A model generated the notes under the pieces. It worked only from the letters and a program-made list of their open reading frames with translations. It searched no databases and was not told the origin of the DNA. The position numbers and the translations under genes are program-made. 64,000 nt of DNA from a virus, in IMG/VR virus record IMGVR_UViG_3300046665_000434, positions 1-64,000 of that record. One strand, given 5' to 3'. How positions within the stretch are numbered: the first letter of the stretch is position 1; each line of letters starts with the position of its first letter. This document shows positions 58,931 to 64,000 of this stretch, piece by piece.

Positions 58931-59037
58931 TCGCCACATTCATCGGTACAATCTTTATCGCACTACTGGCTATTCGCGGCCTGTTCGCCTTTGGTGGCGA
59001 CATCCTGCGGATCATCACTCGTAAGAACACGAAGTGA
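58927..59037 (+). CDS. 36 aa membrane peptide
   Basis: Below cutoff; ATGA overlap; ends right before hairpin. Confidence 0.5.
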   Translation: MIATFIGTIFIALLAIRGLFAFGGDILRIITRKNTK

Positions 59038-59079
59038 CATAGGGCGGGGCGAAAGCCCCGCTGTATGCCTTCTTATTTT
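59038..59079 (+). terminator. Hairpin of the ATACAGCGGGGC family
   Basis: CATAGGGCGGGGC-GAAA-GCCCCGCTGTATG. Confidence 0.75.
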
Positions 59080-59082
59080 GTT

Positions 59083-59105
59083 ACAAACATACATTATCGT
59101 ACGGA
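59083..59105 (+). promoter_or_regulatory. Putative early promoter (ATACATTA family)
   Basis: ACAAACATACATTATCGTACGGA. Confidence 0.55.
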
Positions 59106-59132
59106 TACCACACACTTACTAGGGCACGCAAT

Positions 59133-59786
59133 ATGGGATTCGACGCACAGCACGCACTACTGGTGCTCGCACTGATCGCCACTAATGTCACTGACAAGAA
59201 GGAGTTCAAGAAGCGGGCTATTAAGGTATCGAAGAAATGCGATCCGCTCGTAGCTGCCGGAATAATGAATGACATCATCAATTCACCTACTCCTCGTCAG
59301 GCAGTGTTTGACCATCTTGATGGCCGCGACAACCTCGCTGAAGTGACAGCTCAGCTACGGGCCGAAAGGTTCCCAGGTATGGTTGTCTATAAAGGAGAGG
59401 CTTACGGCGTCCAGATTGAAGTACCGAACGCTGAGACGCGCTTTGAGCTAGACCCATCCAAGACTATTGCTGAGCATAAGCTCGCAATCGCAACGGACGG
59501 CAAATGGGCCATGGCTAACGAAGATGAAATGACTGTGGCGTTCGCGCATGCTGTCATGAACCATCTCAATCTCAACCGACTTAAAGCTAAAGTGCTGCTC
59601 TTCAAGGAGGCTGGCTTTTCAGGCGTGATCGTCGAGCGAGAAATAGAACGAGGGGCGATGAGACACTTTGATGTTAAGGTGAACAAAAGCTCCAACTATC
59701 ATGTCACTCCTATCACCATCCCGGTACTGACCGATTCGTCTGAAGGTCTGTCGGTAAAAGAAACTGTTTTCGTCTCAAAACGTTAA
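59133..59786 (+). CDS. Hypothetical protein
   Basis: 217 aa ORF. Confidence 0.7.
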   Translation: MGFDAQHALLVLALIATNVTDKKEFKKRAIKVSKKCDPLVAAGIMNDIINSPTPRQAVFDHLDGRDNLAEVTAQLRAERFPGMVVYKGEAYGVQIEVPNAETRFELDPSKTIAEHKLAIATDGKWAMANEDEMTVAFAHAVMNHLNLNRLKAKVLLFKEAGFSGVIVEREIERGAMRHFDVKVNKSSNYHVTPITIPVLTDSSEGLSVKETVFVSKR

Positions 59787-59795
59787 GGAACCAAC

Positions 59796-60314
59796 ATGTC
59801 CCGCAAGAAGAAAAAGTTTTACATGTCTCTGTCCCGTAAGAACAACGATCAAGCCTGGGCATACTTCGAATGTCAGAACTACAACCTGCTCGAACGTTCC
59901 CTGACTCGTAACGCCAAAGCTCTCCTCGGTGCCTGTGAGTTCCGTCTGGTGCGTATTCTGGTCGATGATCCACAGACCTGGTATCTCGACATCAACACCG
60001 GCGATAACCAGTGGCGCACCATCATGCTGAACGACCCAGCGGCTGATGAGAAAGCCAAACAGTTCTACATCGAACCTCCTGAGTGGGAAGGGATGTCTGA
60101 TGAACAACTGTTGGAGCAGATCGCTCCGATGCGTCTGGGTGCTAGCGATGCCGAGCTGCGCGAACATCTGAATAAACATGCCGCAGGTATGGATATCGAC
60201 AAGTTCAAGGAAGCTTTCGGTATCACAGATGTAGTCAGTCAGCCCCTGCAACCACACATCTCCGATTGGACTGTCAATGTTCCGACAGACGGTACTTCAC
60301 TGAGGAATACCTGA
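59796..60314 (+). CDS. Hypothetical protein
   Basis: 172 aa, AAGGA RBS, biased codons. Confidence 0.7.
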   Translation: MSRKKKKFYMSLSRKNNDQAWAYFECQNYNLLERSLTRNAKALLGACEFRLVRILVDDPQTWYLDINTGDNQWRTIMLNDPAADEKAKQFYIEPPEWEGMSDEQLLEQIAPMRLGASDAELREHLNKHAAGMDIDKFKEAFGITDVVSQPLQPHISDWTVNVPTDGTSLRNT

Positions 60315-60817
60315 TGAAGAAGAAATTCCAGATCGATAACGACATGCCTACTGTCACTGAAAAACTCGTAGCCGTCTCGCAAGAACTGGCGGACGAGTTC
60401 GAAACATTGGTGCGGGGTATCTTGGGGCGTCTCGTAGCCAACGGGCTTAACCTCAACTATCTCACCAGTATGTTGTCGAATAACGTCGTATTGATCAACG
60501 GGGTGCACCGAGGAGCGAAGCCCCTTAACGGGAAAGAGACTTACGTCTTTCAGCTCCTCACCCTCAACGCTCGCCGTAAGCCGGTAAAGTTGCATGCTCA
60601 GATACTCATCAATGTAGATGAGAAGAAGATCTGGCACGTTACCGACAATACCACCGCGTTACCTGACCCTTGGTCCGAAGATCTAACTGAGGAACAGAAG
60701 AAGTCGATCACGACGTTGTGTCAAAATGATCCAGAGTACTTCTTCAATGAAGTCGCCAGAATCACTGCTGGTCAGGATAGCCTTCAGCCACCAGATACCA
60801 AACCTACGGTGCATTAA
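60314..60817 (+). CDS. Hypothetical protein
   Basis: TGATG overlap, GAGGA RBS. Confidence 0.65.
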   Translation: MKKKFQIDNDMPTVTEKLVAVSQELADEFETLVRGILGRLVANGLNLNYLTSMLSNNVVLINGVHRGAKPLNGKETYVFQLLTLNARRKPVKLHAQILINVDEKKIWHVTDNTTALPDPWSEDLTEEQKKSITTLCQNDPEYFFNEVARITAGQDSLQPPDTKPTVH

Positions 60818-61522
60818 ATGACCAGGCGTCTGATCATGGATACGGTAGAACTTATCTCGCACAAGAGCCTTGACAAAGAAGGCTTATCTGCTTTGGAAGA
60901 TCTGGTCGGTATCCATCGATCAGATATTCTCTGCGCGGCGCTACTGTGGGTGCTGTATCGTAAAGGCGGCCCTCTCTGCCGGCTGGACACGTATCGTGAA
61001 CTAGGCGAGACTGGGAGGTCCGCTAAGACGGGTCCAATCATCGAGAAGTGGGTGACCAAGAATGCGGCTGAGTTAGCTGAGGCATTCAGCCCACTGCTCG
61101 AGCACGAAGGATTGATCCTGGATTACGTGACGTTCGATAGTATCTTCGTCATGTGTTCGCTGAAGCCTGAACCGATAACGTATCCCCCGATCGTCATCAT
61201 CCGCAATAGCATGTCGGTCAATGACATGACCGTCAGAGCGAGGAACGCGATCAAGGGTAGCATTAACCTTGCCGTGCCGTGGTACTTGTCAGCGAGTTTC
61301 GCTTATTACAAGGAAGATGTTTCGCTAATGACCGACACGTATTACGATGACATCTGTATCTTACTCAATGAGCGTTGGGACGATATAACACATCGTCATA
61401 AATCGCTCATTGAACGAGATGCACTTTCAGCAGGGACTGGTTATAATCTCAAGTACGATAAATGGCCACTCATTCTCCAATCAGCTACCAGGCAGTTGAT
61501 GTCTGAACTCAACACACTGTAG
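60818..61522 (+). CDS. Protein with C-terminal NAD-dependent DNA ligase domain-Ia-like module
   Basis: AYYKEDVSLMTDTYYDDI resembles LigA Ia YY..D.P.ISD.EYD.L. Confidence 0.55.
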   Translation: MTRRLIMDTVELISHKSLDKEGLSALEDLVGIHRSDILCAALLWVLYRKGGPLCRLDTYRELGETGRSAKTGPIIEKWVTKNAAELAEAFSPLLEHEGLILDYVTFDSIFVMCSLKPEPITYPPIVIIRNSMSVNDMTVRARNAIKGSINLAVPWYLSASFAYYKEDVSLMTDTYYDDICILLNERWDDITHRHKSLIERDALSAGTGYNLKYDKWPLILQSATRQLMSELNTL

Positions 61523-61529
61523 GTGACCT

Positions 61530-62027
61530 ATGAATAACCGAGGTAATATATTGCAGCCGCCAGTGGTCGTTACCACTGGCAGCATTCTTGATATCGCTGG
61601 ACATCTGGCTGGCCAGAAGTGGCAGGTCGATTACTACCGTCAAATACTGGGCCGTGATTCTGCGGGTGCTGATCCTCAGGTGATATCTCTGTCGATCTAC
61701 GATACCGTCGGGGATGACGACAAAACTAAACTACTGGCGGAGTGGGCTAACCGTCACGTAGTTACGGAGAACAGTGACTTCTACAAGAACTTCATGCAGG
61801 TCCTGGTCGATGTTGAGGCCAGGATTGACGCCATTAAAGATCCGGCCAGGTTCAAACAGTTCAGTGAAGGATTGATGGTGTTTGACTCAATATCGAACAT
61901 GGAGCCTGATCTCCGGTTCTCGAAGAAAGGTCAGCGTTGTTACGACCGCCCTATCTTCGCTTCTCGATCTGAGCGTATACCGCACATGCAGCGCTCTGGC
62001 CAGCGTCTTCGTAAAGGTCCTAAATAG
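61530..62027 (+). CDS. ORFan carrying a copied 22-codon piece of a structural gene
   Basis: 165 aa, AGGT RBS; GQKWQVDYYRQILGRDSAGA identical to 16237-17607 product. Confidence 0.7.
   Translation: MNNRGNILQPPVVVTTGSILDIAGHLAGQKWQVDYYRQILGRDSAGADPQVISLSIYDTVGDDDKTKLLAEWANRHVVTENSDFYKNFMQVLVDVEARIDAIKDPARFKQFSEGLMVFDSISNMEPDLRFSKKGQRCYDRPIFASRSERIPHMQRSGQRLRKGPK
61603..61670 (+). repeat. 68 bp direct repeat, copy B (copy A at 16361-16428)
   Basis: 64/68 identical. Confidence 0.95.
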
Positions 62028-62058
62028 TCAGTATTGAACAAAATAAGGAGTATTAGCT

Positions 62059-62487
62059 ATGCATTTAGTCAATGTTGACCAACAACACCTTGCTGTCGAC
62101 GCTATGAAGCACCTCAGAAATCGTGTGGTGATTCGTAGTAACCCAGGTCAGCCGGTGACGTTACAGCTCCTGACGAGTCTGAAAGAAGCTGGCTGGACCG
62201 TGATCTCTGGCGATTACGACAGCCTGTTAGTTGTCGACGAGTCCGGTAATCCGATGACGCCTGATCAACTTGAGGGGCTCGTCGTAATTGACAAGTCGGT
62301 AAAAGTCATGACAAGCGGTATCATCGAGTACCAGTATCAGGACACCGATTTGTTCTCGGCAGTAATGGCCAGCAAACATCGTCACTACTACAGTTCTCGA
62401 ACAGTACTCAGTAGCAAATCTCGTAGTGAGCGGGTCCCTCACAGACTCCGATCGGGCGAGGGTAATCGTAAGGGACCTATGGGATAA
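62059..62487 (+). CDS. Hypothetical protein sharing a C-terminal motif with the upstream gene
   Basis: 142 aa, AAGGAG RBS; SRSERVPH..RSG...RKGP. Confidence 0.7.
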   Translation: MHLVNVDQQHLAVDAMKHLRNRVVIRSNPGQPVTLQLLTSLKEAGWTVISGDYDSLLVVDESGNPMTPDQLEGLVVIDKSVKVMTSGIIEYQYQDTDLFSAVMASKHRHYYSSRTVLSSKSRSERVPHRLRSGEGNRKGPMG

Positions 62488-62492
62488 TCGCC

Positions 62493-62768
62493 ATGCCGCA
62501 ATACGAAGTTGGTGATGTGGTCTATGCGATTAAGGAACTCAGAGATCCGCCTTCTGGAGATAGTCCGGGCGGGTATCTGTGTGACTTTGCAGATAAGCTG
62601 ATCATCCGTGATGTATTCCTCCCCAAGAATGGAATGCACTCGTATCTGGTGTCTCATGAGCCTAGGGTAAAACCGCCTTGGTTTCAGATATACGGTAACG
62701 AGATCAGCACCATGAAACATTTCTCCCACAACAAACCTTTTCACTGGACAAGGCCCAATGGATATTGA
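62493..62768 (+). CDS. Small SH3-like hypothetical protein
   Basis: 91 aa, YEVGDVVYA start. Confidence 0.6.
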   Translation: MPQYEVGDVVYAIKELRDPPSGDSPGGYLCDFADKLIIRDVFLPKNGMHSYLVSHEPRVKPPWFQIYGNEISTMKHFSHNKPFHWTRPNGY

Positions 62769-62889
62769 AGAACAATGCGGTTGTAATGACGAACGTATGT
62801 GTCGCGGCCACACTCAGGAAGGTCTGATCGGACTGAGTTTCCTGCTGGTCGGTTTGCTCGCCGGACTTTACCTGACCTTCTGGAAGTAA
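62758..62889 (+). CDS. 43 aa tail-anchored membrane peptide
   Basis: Below cutoff; MDIEEQCGCNDERMCRGHTQEGLIGLSFLLVGLLAGLYLTFWK. Confidence 0.45.
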   Translation: MDIEEQCGCNDERMCRGHTQEGLIGLSFLLVGLLAGLYLTFWK

Positions 62890-62954
62890 TAACACACCAG
62901 CCCTTACAGGCTGGTGTGTATTTCATTTGTGCCGTAAAATATATAGGAAAGGTA

Positions 62955-63533
62955 ATGAACGATATTCGTAAAGCTAAGGCAAAACGTCATGAACAACAAT
63001 GGCACACCGCTGTAGAGTCCCTGCTACCAATATTGCCTACTTTGGAGAATGCTGGCGATACGGTAGCAAAATATCTGCTACTGTTTATTCGAAACGCCAA
63101 GGAGGTTGGTATCCAAGAGATGCGAAAGCATTGTAACTTTGACTGGAAAGTTTCTGATGTAGGTATGGACCGAATGTCGGTCTTCCATCAGTCCCGGACA
63201 ATGAAGACACCGTACTTCTCTATCGAACGTATCTACGTCGAGAAGGGTACTTACGATGGCACTAACAATGTGTCAGCTGACGAGAAATTCAGAAAGGTTA
63301 TCCTCGACAGAGTGCGCGGCTACGATGTGGTGAAAGATTCGGCTATGGCGCTCACGATGCTGATACTTGGCCCTATGCTGAAACAGCTAGCGCCAGACAC
63401 AGATAGTCGAATCGTTGAATTCAAAGAAGACGCTGGATTACATTTAGTGTTCCAGGAAAGTGATAACCCTAACCTGTTCCTCAAGGTGTTTATTGGCGTA
63501 GCTTTCGAACACCCAAATTCGACCGGTAATTAA
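62955..63533 (+). CDS. Hypothetical protein
   Basis: ATG 62955 after AGGAAAGG. Confidence 0.65.
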   Translation: MNDIRKAKAKRHEQQWHTAVESLLPILPTLENAGDTVAKYLLLFIRNAKEVGIQEMRKHCNFDWKVSDVGMDRMSVFHQSRTMKTPYFSIERIYVEKGTYDGTNNVSADEKFRKVILDRVRGYDVVKDSAMALTMLILGPMLKQLAPDTDSRIVEFKEDAGLHLVFQESDNPNLFLKVFIGVAFEHPNSTGN

Positions 63534-63594
63534 TTACCGCCGATCAATGTGTTATGCAACAGAGCCCCACATCTACCAACAGTAAGGAAACGAC

Positions 63595-63858
63595 ATGGGA
63601 AGCTTTGAGCTACTCTTGTTTGTTCTAACATTGGTTTGGGTGGAAGTCCTCATCGCACTGGTCAACCTCATCGTCTACAAGAGCTTAACGTTCGAAGTGG
63701 GCGGCAAGTCTGAGTTCTGGCTGGCAAGTAAGGTGCGTAGCCGCACGGTAGGTTTCCAGGACCTACACGACGGCGTTGGCCCTTTGATGAGAACTAACTT
63801 CATTCGACCACATCTGGCCACGTCCGACTACAGCGCAGGGCATTGGCCCCTGGTCTAG
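63595..63858 (+). CDS. Small membrane protein
   Basis: AAGGA RBS, N-terminal TM helix. Confidence 0.55.
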   Translation: MGSFELLLFVLTLVWVEVLIALVNLIVYKSLTFEVGGKSEFWLASKVRSRTVGFQDLHDGVGPLMRTNFIRPHLATSDYSAGHWPLV

Positions 63859-64000
63859 CCATAGTCGCTTGGGGATAATCATCGTCTGACGTGCCACTAT
63901 GGGTACGCCACCCCAACCACAACCGATGCTCCCAACACGGGATAACCGTGACGATCGTACGGAAGAATTGTCCGTACACACTCCAGCCGGTTCTTACTCG

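Noticed and set aside
12704-59067. Hairpin family as a CRISPR array or insertion sequence ends
   Set aside because: Copies are kilobases apart at gene ends; no regular spacers, cas genes or transposase
16361-61670. 68 bp repeat as a diversity-generating retroelement TR/VR pair or CRISPR spacer
   Set aside because: Mismatches are not at adenines, no reverse transcriptase in the window, and no flanking direct repeats
63859-64000. tRNA or structured ncRNA at the window end
   Set aside because: No cloverleaf or T-loop consensus seen; region truncated by the window
1-64000. Alternative genetic code (stop codon recoding)
   Set aside because: Conserved genes are full length in the standard bacterial code and use TAA, TGA and TAG as stops

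Overview
This 64 kb window looks like part of a phiKZ-like (nucleus-forming, Chimalliviridae-type) jumbo phage genome. This is inferred from gene content and motifs, not from a database search. 1-26.3 kb is a virion/replication block: the N-terminal half of a split family-B DNA polymerase, an HEXXH zincin-type virion protein, large tail/baseplate-type genes and at least seven inner-head proteins with acidic propeptides and S-x-E cleavage motifs. 26.4-64 kb is a dense, + strand accessory region. It carries nucleotide metabolism genes (tmk, thyA, DHFR, NUDIX), a SLOG plus macrodomain pair, a second macrodomain, a small alarmone (HD) hydrolase, a CX5R phosphatase, a 2OG-Fe(II) oxygenase, a TAXI-type periplasmic binding protein, Arc-type regulators and many small membrane ORFans. 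Transcription units are delimited by a family of GC-rich hairpins and a recurrent ATACATTA promoter-like motif. Best candidates for new biology: (1) a translationally coupled operon of an HslV/proteasome-beta-like gene, a degenerate paralog and a classical AAA+ ATPase (49.0-51.3 kb), plus a third, Thr-nucleophile paralog at 39.3 kb, i.e. a possible phage-encoded proteasome-like machine; (2) a 68 bp in-frame piece of a structural gene copied into an accessory ORFan 45 kb away; (3) a dispersed set of NAD/ADP-ribose/alarmone binding or erasing proteins. No tRNA, rRNA, CRISPR array, integrase or transposase was recognised. phiKZ gp numbers are positional guesses from memory of gene order and size.
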